A DNA stretch of 63,081 bases, the filler included, from Nemertoderma westbladi (Eukaryota; Animalia; Xenacoelomorpha), in NCBI GenBank assembly GCA_032718475.1. It is 4 parts of 4 records of this genome, joined end to end, with 100 filler letters (N's around TTAATTAATTAA, not from the genome) between each part and the next. Parts side by side here need not be neighbours in the genome. Positions count along the whole stretch, not along the records: positions 1 to 24,631 come from JAUCBJ010008905.1; 3 more parts are not named here. One strand, 5' to 3'. The translations under genes and the position numbers were made by a program. Below are positions 1 through 12,296 of this stretch, in pieces (position 1 is the first letter of the stretch; every line of letters begins with the position of its first letter). Under the pieces are notes generated by a model. The model saw nothing but the letters and a program-made list of their open reading frames with translations, was not told the origin of the DNA and made no database searches.

Positions 1-109
1 TTTGCGTATTAGCATAAATTATTGTCGTATGCTAAAGTGGTTTTAATTAACTAAAAGACATATAAATTTTGGCAGGTTAAACTGCTAAAGGTCTTCAAAA
101 GCGCGAACA
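1..109. repeat. Dispersed repeat fragment (second copy at ~28935-29042)
   Basis: attagcataaa..tatgctaaag..ggtcttcaaaagcgcgaaca is nearly identical at both sites; contains a ttagcata/tatgctaa hairpin. Confidence 0.8.
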
Positions 110-298
110 GTTTCCATCCTTGTTTAGTGAAATGGTCCTTGAACACTCTGGTCAGTCAATGTGTGAGTCAATTATTGTTTAATTTTGTCATTTGAGAGAT
201 CACTTTGAAATCTTCGAGTGTTATAATTGGTGGGGCTAATTGTGAGATGTTTGCGGTAGATATCAGCCTTTCAGAAATTTGAAGTATCTGAACTGATT

Positions 299-344
299 AG
301 CGCTACTGATGAGGCCTGATAAGCTGAAATGTACATATAGCGCT
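299..344 (+). ncRNA. Minimal type I hammerhead ribozyme, copy 1 (Penelope pLTR-like)
   Basis: Stem I agcgcta/tagcgct; CTGATGA at 306-312; stem II ggcctgataagct; GAAA at 326-329; short stem III with palindromic loop gtac; cleavage triplet ATA. Confidence 0.75.
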
Positions 345-644
345 GGTTCAACCCCCAGTGACGCGCTTTCTCATTTTTTCTATTTCTTAACAAGACCATA
401 CATAATATTACATTTTGAATTACAGTTGCATTAACAGCTCAACTCCAATTCATTTATTAATATCACCTGGCAGCAATACTCGAGCTGAATATTTATTTAT
501 TTGTACTTTCCTCCTGTTTCACTCTAACATACTTGAGGCCGGTAGGTCCGCTGTTAGAGATAGAATATGCAACTTAAGACTGCCTGTTCAATAGAAGTGG
601 ATTAGGTGGAATGTGAATGTCAGGGGCAAGTGGCTGAGCTGGTT

Positions 645-690
645 AGCGCTACTGATGAGGACTGATAGGCTGAAATGTACGTATAGCGCT
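645..690 (+). ncRNA. Minimal type I hammerhead ribozyme, copy 2
   Basis: agcgcta CTGATGA ggactgataggct GAAA tgtacg TA tagcgct; lies in a ~110-bp direct repeat 346 bp after copy 1. Confidence 0.75.
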
Positions 691-3600
691 GGTTCAACCC
701 CCGGGGACGCGTTTTCTCATTTTTTCCATTTCTGAACAAAACCATAATATTACATAATGTGAAATTATCGTTACACCCATTACCATGGAAACGGGATTGA
801 AAAAAAGTATACCTTTCAAATATTTGGATAAGACTTTTATTTCCTTTACTCACCTGCCAAATCTCTAGAACAGAATCCCCCATCGTCTTGAATCACAGAC
901 ACGCAAAGTTTGAACTTTGTACACGGTTACCTTGACAACAACAATATAAAAATTCCAGAAAGACATTTGATTACATTTCTATGAACCCTAGTCATCATAT
1001 CCACCTAAGAAAAGTAGCATAAAATAAGTTCCTACTAAAAATTTATGAAAATAGTGCCATAAATAGGGAAAAGATCGGCCTCTGCTAATTTCATCAATCC
1101 GCTCGCTGCATGACCTGTTATTTAGTAGACCTTGGGTAGAAGTGACACGTTCGTGGGGCCATCGCGCAGGACGAGGCTCAGTTATCAGATACAGATTAAA
1201 ATTGAGCGACTGTATCACAAAATCAGGTTTAGAGAAATTTACCCACACCACCAATCAATCAAAGAAAGGGGGACAGTACGTGTTCACCCCTTTTAATCTG
1301 CACCCCCACCCCCCTTCCCACCCACCAGTACTTTATAACTACCGATGCCTTCAATAGGCGAAGCCAGGTATGGTTAATAGGAATATAGTCTACACGGTAC
1401 TCGTCTTCATTATATGCCTCGTTGCGCTCGTCGCTCGACCTGTTTTGTATTAAAATATTTTTTCCTAAACCAAGACTGACGATCTTTATACAGTTATAAC
1501 TATGCGAAGTTTCGAAACTGTGCGAGTAACTGCTGATACATCTATGTGGAGATGTGTGATACAACGCCAACGCATCGTATGCCGATGTAGTAATATGGGT
1601 ATTGAAATAACCCATATTTAAGAACATTAATTTTACTACTTTGCAAAAATTCAATTAAAAAATAACCAGACAAATATATTGCGGAATAAACTATTTCAGA
1701 TATAAGCCTACAACAGTCATTATATCTTCTGTCACCTGAGATAGTAAGTAATACAACATTTATAGTATAGAGTCAATAGGAATTGAAATACAGGCAGTGT
1801 ATGGTTGGAGTTATTTGTTTGGGTTGCTATAGCAATACTAGGCTGCCTATTACAGTACAATTCCCCTCTGATAAGGCTACACCAACATCTCCCAGCCAGC
1901 TAGCAGATCTACACCCCCGCAGAGACTATGTTGACCAATAATGGGAAGGATCAAATTTGTACTCAATAATTGTGCCGCTTTAATTACGTTTAGATCAAAT
2001 AAAGACACATTTATTAAAGCAAATATCTTGAACTAATTAAAAACTATAATAGAATGGGGTATGTGGATTACATCTGTATAATTTTTAAGTATAATTATTT
2101 AAATATTATACTGTAAAATAATTAATTTCCTTTAAAAGGCAGGTTGAAAATGCAGTTTTTACCCTAATCAACTTAATTAACTAATTAATTGCTATTATCT
2201 TAGCTTCTCGAAGGCCACACGGAAATTAAACTTGGAAAATTTCTAAACTTTTGCCAGACTACATGTGTACCAAGTTTGGTTAAATTTCATTAACATTTGG
2301 CTGAGTTATTAACATTTAAAATTGGACACAACAGAACGACAGATCAACAGAACAACAGAGAAACAGACACACCGATTGAGTTAGTGGTACCTGTATGCTA
2401 AGCTCGCTTACTTTCGTCGCTCGCCCCACATTTAATGTAGAAATGCACCTAAGGAATGAAGTTCTTAATCAGAAAAACAATATCCAATGTTCTGTTCTGT
2501 TCTGTTCTGTTTATCCAATAATAAGCTTGCCAACAATGTAATGTCTATATAATAATACTAGCATGGCCATGATACTACAGTAGTATGTGGATTAATACAT
2601 ATACAAAATGTTCTATAACATGGTATTGAAGCAAATACACGGCAAATTTGAATACTCATAACTCGGCTATTTCCCAACCAAAATATTCAAATATTTTTTA
2701 CATATTTGGAATCCCCAAGCTTTCCATTGGTATCAACAAATAGCTATAAAGTAGAATAACTGCGGTGTAACTGGTGTGATATCGCCGGAGACACTGTTTT
2801 CAAAGGCTTGTACGGTAGCTAAAGAATGAACGCAAAAATAAAAATTTTTGGTTTACCCAGTAAGGATGAGGTAGGTAAAACCATTTCTGTTTTCAATGTC
2901 ATGCAATCTCATTAAGATTTGAAGAATAAATGGGTTGGGTTCATGTCACTGAATTACGTAGAAAATAATCAAGTAATGGACTCGACATCGGTATCTATGA
3001 CAATACAAACACCCTTTTAGATTAGCATTTTTCGCGCAGTTTTCCAGAGTGTATGACAGCCGATGTTAAGGAAGTTTGTAGACTAAAACCTTGTAACATT
3101 AGGATGTTTAATAAAAACACTTTCTCCTTATTTTCAATGATCAAGTGAATTTTCCCTGTTGCATATCTGTTGTTATCTCAAAATATCTATGTTAATGGGT
3201 GGTACACCGAACCCGAAATTGAGAAAAATGATACCGCGCATACTTATTTGTGCTTCTAACTGAAATTTTCAAAATATAAATTTACAGCCATCAAGTAGTT
3301 TAATTTAATCATATGGGTGTTTGTGAACAGTGGCGTCACAGCATCATAGTGAGCGTCCCTTACATACAGCATCTCTTATTATATATATATATATATCTTG
3401 CTTGCATCCTTAAATGGTTGTTAAATGAGTAAGTTTCCTTTGGGCTGGTTCTATCGCAGTAGTTCTAATTAACCCTTCTATTATTTCCCAACCGTCTTTA
3501 AAATATCTGCAAATTTGTTGATATTTTCGAAACGGTTTCAAATCGAGTCAACTTGAACTTTGTACAACTAATTTTCTTATAGCGCCTCTCATAATAAAGA

Positions 3601-4372
3601 TGTTCCCATTTGGTAACACGGGCACCACCGCAAATGCTATAATATTTTATAAAATAACAACAATAAAAAGTAGTATGTCTGAAAACAATTAAAACACACA
3701 AATAGAGGTTAAATTTCCATTGGTCTATGGGACGTTTTAATGCATTTATTGATTTTATAACAAATGATCTGATTTTTCCCGTTTTTTAAAAGTTTAAAGG
3801 TTTCTGTACCACCCACCCCACATACATAAACTCAATCAAATATGTTTCATAAGAATAGTTACACTATCACCGTATCATTAAATTAAACTACTTGAGAATT
3901 GTACATTTCTAATTTAAACATTTCAGTTAGAAGCACCAAAAAAGTAGGCCAGACATCATAAATAACCATTCGGTTTTATATACCACCCCATAACATTCAT
4001 ATTTTAAAACGAGCAAAAAAATTGTATACAATGTTTTTCAGGTGGAATGCAATGGGAAAGTTCATTTGCGCATTGGAAAAAAGGGGAAAGTGGTTTTTAG
4101 TAACACCCTAATAAACATGATAGTATTCAACAATGGGAGTAAGAGAGGTGTACCCCCTCCAAGAAACATGAAACATGAGTTTTAGGTTCCCCTCATGTTT
4201 CTCAAATTCGATTCATAAAGAAGAAACGTAATTTATGAAAATAGTTTTATTTTAAAACGTATTTTTCAAGTAACATAACAAAACAAAAAATTAATTTCGA
4301 GTCGACATCCAAAGAATTCACTTTCAAATAAGTTTATTTATTTATACTGAGTTGACAATGATACACAATGTT

Positions 4373-4529
4373 CTATGCGACGATACGGTCTAGTTGATGG
4401 ATTCCTTGACTGTCAACTACTTGAACATTAAAAGAAGTGTAATTAACAATAAAGCGTTTCTTCAGTTCGACAATGCATTTCTTTAGCACGGACAAGGCTT
4501 CATCGCGACTCATACTGCGACTGTAATAC
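4373..4529 (-). CDS. PSMB2: Proteasome subunit beta type-2, last coding exon
   Basis: Acceptor tttctgtttcag; translates (R)YYSRSMSRDEALSVLKKCIVELKKRFIVNYTSFNVQVVDSQGIHQLDRIVA*, matching the PSMB2 C-terminus; phase matches the exon at 10060-10218. Confidence 0.92.
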
Positions 4530-6267
4530 CTGAAACAGAAATATAAAATAATATAAGTTCTCTTCGTAAAAGCGACAGTTTGTGTAGTATGGTGTTTGAA
4601 TTCCCTACAGTGAATAATCTTTTATGGTAAATCCACTCATTCACACTCCAAATACTAAATGGTAAAACCATTAAGGGGGGTAGTGGTAGTACAGGCATTT
4701 TTTCCATTCGAACTACTATTAAGCCTCGGTGCACATTAGAACGCCTCAGATTACTTTATAGGCCAACTGTTCTTGCAATCCAATCGGAATTTAACGGGCT
4801 TTCAGGTAAACCAATTGGTTTTTTAATTTCAATATTTTTCATATATTTAGCTTATTTTATGAAAAATGGACCTAATTTTCAAAAAAAATTGTCAAATAAT
4901 TAGTGTCACAAACATTAAAATCACAATTCGGTGCTTACGCGTACATAATATAAAAAACTAATTGGTTTACGTTATTCTACAGTAAAAAATGAGCCTTGTG
5001 AGAAATTTTCAAGTCTATAACTCAAATCACAGCTGAGAAACATGTACAGAAAGAATTCTAAAAACTAATTTTAAGAACAATCCAGTTAAAATTTGAACCA
5101 TCCCGCGGAAAAACTGTTATTATGAAATAATGTCTGTCAATATATACCTAGTAAAAAGAAATTACAAAACAATGCTAAGATTTTTGCTATGGGGTTTTCC
5201 TGGTGTTCATTTCATTTCTGAGGTCAGTTTTCACTTTTAATGAAATCTTGTTTGTCTGTATCTGTCCGCCAAATATAAGAAAAGGGCATACAATCTAGTT
5301 AAAAGTTTAGCTAGAGTGTTATTTCTGGTCGCAGAATTCATTTCGAGTGTCAGTTTTAACATTTGATTACTTCAAAATTGTCTGTTCGGCAGTCAGTCTG
5401 CCGGTTATATTTTCACGGACAGACTGACAGGCATACAATAGAGACAGAAACGACGAGGCCAAATTTGAATATTGACATCAGAAATGAAGTCACCGACCAC
5501 GAAAACCCATATAAGGAATTTTATTTAGACAGATAGTTTGCTTTTTATTGACGGACAGACATACTGACGGACAAACCGACAGTCAATCGGACAGACAGCC
5601 ATATCTCGAGAAGTAAGACAGACTGCTAAACGGTTTTCAAATTACAAACCGCGCTTACTTAAACCCGCCATTTAGACCGTTTCCTCGCGTTTTTTACAAA
5701 AAACACACCCCGCCACTCAATTCAGAGAACCTTGTTACCCCTTATTCGATTGTTTCTAGCCCGACAATGTTTTCGCGCACCAACCCCTTTGAGTTACAGT
5801 AAGCTATATGTTTAGAGCAAATCGTCCAAACCATAGAAAATGAGTTATGACGCCTTGGAATAGAAATATACAGTATTTACTAATAGTTACAATAATATTA
5901 TAATAATAACAAATTATTTATCCAATAATGGTTATAATATTAAATATTTTTACTGTGAATTGTGAGTAGTTTTTATTTTACTGTCACTATAGATAGTATA
6001 ATAATTAGTACCGGTGGCCTAAACTGTGAGTGATAGTGATAACCACGTGGTGGGTTGATTAAATGAAACTGAGTACGGTTACGGTACCGGTAGAGCACAG
6101 CAGTACAGCAGTAAGGTAATAATAGTTTTCGGTTGTCGCCATACAGCCATACAGCGATAGCGCTGTAGCGGGTACAGGATAACCGTGAGCGCGGAGTGGT
6201 ACTGCTTTTTCAGTAGTTTACGTTAGGGTTAAAACTTTGTACTTTGTCGATTTATAGTTAATCAAAT

Positions 6268-8154
6268 ATGGGTAAACGAGATTTCAAAACATTACAAGAG
6301 AAACGACCTGGGAGAAAATCCCGGAAACAAAAAGACCCAACTGAGGTGCAAACTTCGGCGAAGTTGCTTTCGAGAAAATCCAAAACGCGATTCGCAAAAA
6401 GGCTGGCAAAAAAACGAGAGTTAAATTCCACAGAAGAGCGGCTCGAAAGTGGAGAATCTGTGAACGGGAAGAGCGAAGCGAGTCGGTTAACCCATGACTG
6501 GGTTGAAAGCGACGATGAAGGTGAGGATACAGCGCTGGATATCGAGAAGGAATCTAGTGAATCGGACGAGTCTGACGGCGAGCTAGTGGAAGAGGAAGAC
6601 GGCACGGATCGAGTTGAATCGTTCGACGAAGACAGTGAACCTCTCGACGATGAGTACACGGATGAACCCACCGAACCCTCCAGCAAATCCGTCTCTACAA
6701 ACCTGCAACTCGGCGGCGGAACTATAGAGACGTCGACCCCAGACTTGGAGTCGCTAACGGCACGAATTAAAGAGACGATGGAGGTTCTAAGCGACTTCAA
6801 GAGTAGACGCGACCCGGATACACCGCGGGGTGACTACCTGGATCTGTTAGCCGCCGATCTCGCTAACTACTACAACTACAACACATACCTAATCCGTGAC
6901 GTCATCATGGAGATATTCCCACTGAACGAACTGCTGGAGTTCCTGGAGGCCAATGAGGTGGACCGCCCGGTGACGCTGCGAACCAACACGTTGAAGACAC
7001 GGCGCCGCGAGCTGGCGCAGGCCCTGATTGGTCGAGGGGTCAACCTGGACCCACTGGGGGACTGGACCAAGGTGGGTCTGGTGGTGTTCGACAGTCCGGT
7101 TCCGTTGGGGGCCACCCCCGAGTACCTGGCGGGCCACTACGTCCTACAGGGGGCCAGCTCCCTACTCCCGGTGGTCGCGTTGGCTCCGCAGGAGCGCGAG
7201 AAGGTGCTGGACGCGTGCGCGGCCCCCGGTATGAAGGCCTCGTACATCGCGCAACTGATGCGCAACACCGGGGTTCTCTTCGCGAACGACGCGAGTAAGG
7301 AGCGTATCCGCGCGGTGCTAGGCAACCTGCACCGTCTGGGGGTCAGCAACGCGGTGGTCACCAACCTCGATGCGCGGAATGTCCACAGGAGTAACCGGAA
7401 CTTCGACCGCGTCTTGGTGGACGCGCCGTGTTCCGGTACCGGAATCATAGCGAAGGATCCCTCCGTGAAGACGAGTAAATCCCAGGAGGACATCCTCGGA
7501 CTCGCTGCGCTCCAGAAGGAACTGCTGCTCGCTGCGATCGACGCGTGCGACGCAAAGTCCCGCACCGGCGGCTACGTCGTCTACTCGACCTGCTCGATAA
7601 CAGTGGAGGAGAACGAGTGGGTGGTGGACTGCGCGCTGCGGCGGCGGGACGTTAAACTGGTCGCCACCGGGATCCATTTCGGATCCCCGGGATTCACACA
7701 GATCCGGGGACGCCGTTTCCATCCCACGATGAATCTCGCCAAGCGCTTTTATCCGCACAAACAGAATATGGACGGATTCTTCGTGGCAAAGTTAAAGAAA
7801 CTCTCAAACGATAAACCTAAAGCGGGCAATAAAGTAGAGGAAGAGGGAGATAAAGTTGGTCAATTGAATAATAATAATAGAGGAGAGAAAAGGAAACTTA
7901 GTGAGGGGGGCGAGGGTAAAAAAGTTAAATCTGCTAAAAAGCGGAAAGGAAAGTCGGGGGATAAACTAGAGAATAATAAAGAAGGAAATAAAGAAGTTAG
8001 CGGGGATATAAAGTCAAAGAAGAGAAGGAGGAAAAAGAAAAAGGGGGATAAAGAAACTAAAGAAGGTACCGATAGATTAAAAGCCAAATTGGTTATGAAG
8101 GCGAGACATTTCGCGAAGAAACGTAACGCCAAAAGAAAGAAAATGAAAAAATAG
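6268..8154 (+). CDS. NOP2: NOP2/NSUN1 rRNA m5C methyltransferase, intronless CDS, 628 aa
   Basis: RTNTLKTRRRELAQALIGRGVNLDPLG, GATPEYLAGHY, DAPCSGTG, YSTCS, RFYPHKQNMDGFFVAKLKK; acidic N-terminus and Lys-rich C-terminus. Confidence 0.96.
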   Translation: MGKRDFKTLQEKRPGRKSRKQKDPTEVQTSAKLLSRKSKTRFAKRLAKKRELNSTEERLESGESVNGKSEASRLTHDWVESDDEGEDTALDIEKESSESDESDGELVEEEDGTDRVESFDEDSEPLDDEYTDEPTEPSSKSVSTNLQLGGGTIETSTPDLESLTARIKETMEVLSDFKSRRDPDTPRGDYLDLLAADLANYYNYNTYLIRDVIMEIFPLNELLEFLEANEVDRPVTLRTNTLKTRRRELAQALIGRGVNLDPLGDWTKVGLVVFDSPVPLGATPEYLAGHYVLQGASSLLPVVALAPQEREKVLDACAAPGMKASYIAQLMRNTGVLFANDASKERIRAVLGNLHRLGVSNAVVTNLDARNVHRSNRNFDRVLVDAPCSGTGIIAKDPSVKTSKSQEDILGLAALQKELLLAAIDACDAKSRTGGYVVYSTCSITVEENEWVVDCALRRRDVKLVATGIHFGSPGFTQIRGRRFHPTMNLAKRFYPHKQNMDGFFVAKLKKLSNDKPKAGNKVEEEGDKVGQLNNNNRGEKRKLSEGGEGKKVKSAKKRKGKSGDKLENNKEGNKEVSGDIKSKKRRRKKKKGDKETKEGTDRLKAKLVMKARHFAKKRNAKRKKMKK

Positions 8155-8631
8155 TATTAATTTAGGGGATAATGAAGGATAGATTTAAGTGGAACTAGAA
8201 TAACTTTCACTTATGTGATTGTGGCGGTCTATTCTATTCTATTACGATGTTGGTTGACTTCCATTCAGTATCCGAGTTGCAATTAACTGTCTAAGACTAC
8301 TTGGCTCGTTAACATTAATAAAACCCCCAGTGAGTCTCTATAGTCGAAACCTTTTAACATTATTATGGATGTTGCAACTTCTAGAACCCCCCTGCCTGGG
8401 GGGGGGGGGGGGGGGGGGGGGGGTATATAACAGACCACTGAGTATGTGTAAATGTATCTGGTACGGTATGGTCTGGTTGGAATGTTGTGCCTTCTTTATT
8501 ATGATTGTAGTAAATAAACGTGATTGACACGGTATCTCTATGTTTTTCGGTGAATTATTTCCAGGAATTTCCCTAAACATTACCAACGAATTGATACACT
8601 AATGAATACCAATCAGGTTACTTTACTCAAT

Positions 8632-9798
8632 CAATTTACTCTGTCCAGCTGTATTGATTTACTCTGTCCAGCTGTATTGATTTACTCTGTCCAGCTGTAT
8701 TGATTTACTCTGTCCAGCTGTATTATTGATTTACTCTGTCCAGCTGTATTGATTTACTCTGTCCAGCTGTATTGATTTACTCCGTCCAGCTGTATTATTG
8801 ATTTACTCTGTCCAGCTGTATTGATTTACTCTGTCCAGCTGTATTGATTTACTCTGTCCAGCTGTATTGATTTACTCTGTCCAGCTGTATTGATTTACTC
8901 CGTCCAGCTGTATTGATTTACTCTGTCCAGCTGTATTGATTTACTCCGTCCAGCTGTATTGATTTACTCCGTCCAGCTGTATTGATTTACTCTGTCCAGC
9001 TGTATTGATTTACTCTGTCCAGCTGTATTGATTTACTCTGTCCAGCTGTATTGATTTACTCTGTCCAGCTGTATTGATTTACTCTGTCCAGCTGTATTAT
9101 TGATTTACTCTGTCCAGCTGTATTGATTTACTCTGTCCAGCTGTATTATTGATTTACTCCGTCCAGCTGTATTGATTTACTCTGTCCAGCTGTATTGATT
9201 TACTCCGTCCAGCTGTATTGATTTACTCTGTCCAGCTGTATTGATTTACTCTGTCCAGCTGTATTATTGATTTACTCTGTCCAGCTGTATTGATTTACTC
9301 TGTCCAGCTGTATTATTGATTTACTCCGTCCAGCTGTATTGATTTACTCCGTCCAGCTGTATTGATTTACTCTGTCCAGCTGTATTGATTTACTCTGTCC
9401 AGCTGTATTGATTTACTCTGTCCAGCTGTATTGATTTACTCCGTCCAGCTGTATTGATTTACTCTGTCCAGCTGTATTGATTTACTCTGTCCAGCTGTAT
9501 TATTGATTTACTCCGTCCAGCTGTATTGATTTACTCTGTCCAGCTGTATTGATTTACTCTGTCCAGCTGTATTATTGATTTACTCTGTCCAGCTGTATTG
9601 ATTTACTCCGTCCAGCTGTATTGATTTACTCTGTCCAGCTGTATTGTTGATTTACTCTGTCCAGCTGTATTATTGATTTACTCTGTCCAGCTGTATTGAT
9701 TTACTCCGTCCAGCTGTATTGATTTACTCTGTCCAGCTGTATTGATTTACTCCGTCCAGCTGTATTGATTTACTCTGTCCAGCTGTATTTATTTACTC
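8632..9798. repeat. 23-bp minisatellite (tgatttactctgtccagctgtat, with 26-bp variants), ~50 copies, in the last PSMB2 intron
   Basis: Tandem periodicity directly visible. Confidence 0.97.
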
Positions 9799-10059
9799 AT
9801 TGGCGTTTTACCTTTATCACTCCCTTATAATATGGATATATTATTATTGTTTCAAATGATTAAATTAGCGATAAACTGCGTAATTTTAAATTTCAGATAA
9901 CTTTATCTGAAAGAGGATAAAATCACAATAATTTATTTCTGTGATTTAATCAAGTTAGTTAGCAATCTATGGTTTTTTAATGTCACGGAAATATAGCCTA
10001 CTTAACTACATTTATACGCTACCTACACCACATGTTCTGTTTACAATACAATCACTTAC

Positions 10060-10218
10060 CTATCTATTATGCCGAGAGAGAAAAGTGCCCCATGACCATG
10101 GGCAGCAAAGGGGACGGTTGCCATGGAGCCCATGTAATCAATATAGTAAAGTTGAGGTTCTTTACTAATAGTGTCGTAGGCTGCCAGTAGTATATTTACG
10201 TTCATAGGTTCTTGTGAT
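10060..10218 (-). CDS. PSMB2: Proteasome subunit beta type-2, penultimate coding exon
   Basis: tttctacag acceptor and ag|gtaagt donor; (R)SQEPMNVNILLAAYDTISKEPQLYYIDYMGSMATVPFAAHGHGALFSLGIID(R). Confidence 0.93.
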
Positions 10219-10729
10219 CTGTAGAAATAAAGAATTTATTAAATATGTTAGGTATTCTGGCACCTAACAGGCCAGGGGCCTTCGCGCAGCACGAAGTTCA
10301 GTTAAACAGAGTCTAATTTCAGAAGATCTTTCAAAGAAGATGGAATAGTTCCACCAATCCACCCCCCCCCCACCCTAATCAGCACCCCAACCCAAAGGCA
10401 CATACGGTACTAAACGGTTAGAAAAAATTTAGAAAATCTCAATTTTGTTTAGAAGACTAAATTAATTTACCCAATGAATTGAGTGTGAAAAGTATGCCAT
10501 GCAATAGTGCTGTATTGCTAGTTTTCTACTTTATTTTTTCATACTGTAACGTAAATCTTGCAATCTTAGGTCCCCCACCTAATCAATTAAGTAGTTACAG
10601 TGCACCTGTCTCCCGAAACTTAAACTACATAATGTACAAAGGCTTACTCTGAATATTGAACTGAATATATTGACCCCAGATATAGCCTACCTTATTTACT
10701 TGTTTTAAAAATCACTAATATCGTAACCC

Positions 10730-11170
10730 TTGATACACAAATCTCATACCTTAAAGATTGAACCCATGTTTACCTTGTTACACCAAACGAAGAATGCCTT
10801 GCTACACAACACGTATACCGGTACACTACCTTGCTACACAACAACAACACGTATACCTTGGTACACTAACCTTGGTACACAACACCTTGGTACACAACAC
10901 GTATACCTTGGTACACAAAACGTATACGTTGGTACACTACCTTGCTACACAACACGTATACCTTGGTACACAAAACGTATACCTTGGTACACTACCTTGG
11001 TACACAAAACGTATACCTTGAAAATTTAACCAATGTACCTTGGTACACAAAATGTATACCTTGGTACACAAAATGTATACCTTGGTACACAAATTGTATA
11101 CCTTGAAAATTTAACAAATGTATGTATACCTTGGTACACAAAATGTATACCTTGAACCCATGTATACCTT
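10730..11170. repeat. Degenerate ~21-bp minisatellite (gtataccttggtacacaaaac)
   Basis: Visible tandem variants. Confidence 0.85.
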
Positions 11171-11891
11171 GGATAGCATTTAGCGTTACTTCGCCTATAA
11201 AACTTTTAGACTTGAGTATATTTATATATTTTGGCCAGATCTGGAAAGAGCTTAAAAAGACGATTCCAATGGTATATAATATATTGGGGTTCGGTAAGAA
11301 ATAAAAAAAAAATATTTTCCAACGCTTTGAGCCACGTTTATTGACCAATGACCATAATAATATTTTCATTGAAATATTGAACTAATTAATTAATTACTTT
11401 TAATACCGCGTTGGTAAACTAAATCCATTTTATTGGGAAGGACAAAGAATAATACACCATTGGTGATGGTCACAGTAGAACGGGCGCCAACAAAGAAAAA
11501 TTAGTTTGAGATAAATGCGTTGAAAGTTCTTTTTGTTGAAATTCAATTAAATGCTTAAGTTTCTTGTTACATACAGAACTGGAGGGAAATTCGATTCCAA
11601 TTATGTTCACAATGCCATTAACTTTTCTACTTCATTATCATATATTCTGCAGACAGATTATTAGTAATATTATTTTATCATCATAATTATTTTAACCAAT
11701 AACAGACTAGGGATGTCCCGGAATTCCGGCGGTTTTTGCCAGATTCCGGTTCCGGTCGGAATTGCCGGAATGGGGTCAATTCCGTCCGGAATTTTAGCGG
11801 AATTACCAGTTTACTAATTAGTTTAATAGTTTCAATTAGTTTGTGAAATTATTATCACACATTATGAAAAACAAGAACAATATTATAATAT

Positions 11892-11985
11892 GTATTGTCC
11901 AACATAACATATACACTGTAGGATTACTCCTAAAGCTGTAGTTCGCTTATTTACAAAGGGGTCCTTTATGTCACTCACTATGTTA
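11892..11985 (-). mobile_element. Dispersed repeat resembling a LINE (L2-group) 3' tail; second copy at ~45686-45760
   Basis: gtattgtccaacataacata..ggattac.cctaaagct..gcttattt.caa.ggggtcctttatgt shared between both sites. Confidence 0.5.
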
Positions 11986-12296
11986 CTTAATTAGGTCCTG
12001 CGTCATTAGCCTTAGGTGTTGCGTAATACAGTAGTTTTATTTATACAGAAAATATATTTCTTACCATAAATATATTTATTTCCAGCAAAAATTAAATTGT
12101 AACATGTAATATTAACTCTCGTTTATTGATTTCACTGTAACCTGCTCCTTTCCATTAACCAGGATATTGAACCAAAGCAATGAATAATACATTTTTGGTC
12201 AACGTTAGTTTTTAGGTATGAGCCCAAAAAACCTAACCTTTGGCCTAGGTTATGGGTTTTTTGGAAAAAAATTAAATCGAATTCCCTGTCGTTTAA

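Noticed and set aside
95-260. Possible Penelope GIY-YIG C-terminal remnant on the minus strand (..EDFKVI.., SLNKDG)
   Set aside because: Short, frame-broken and overlapping another dispersed repeat; not supportable by eye
2100-5750. Several MITE/Helentron-like fragments (gaca microsatellites, imperfect inverted repeats)
   Set aside because: Probably TE relics, but termini and TSDs could not be defined
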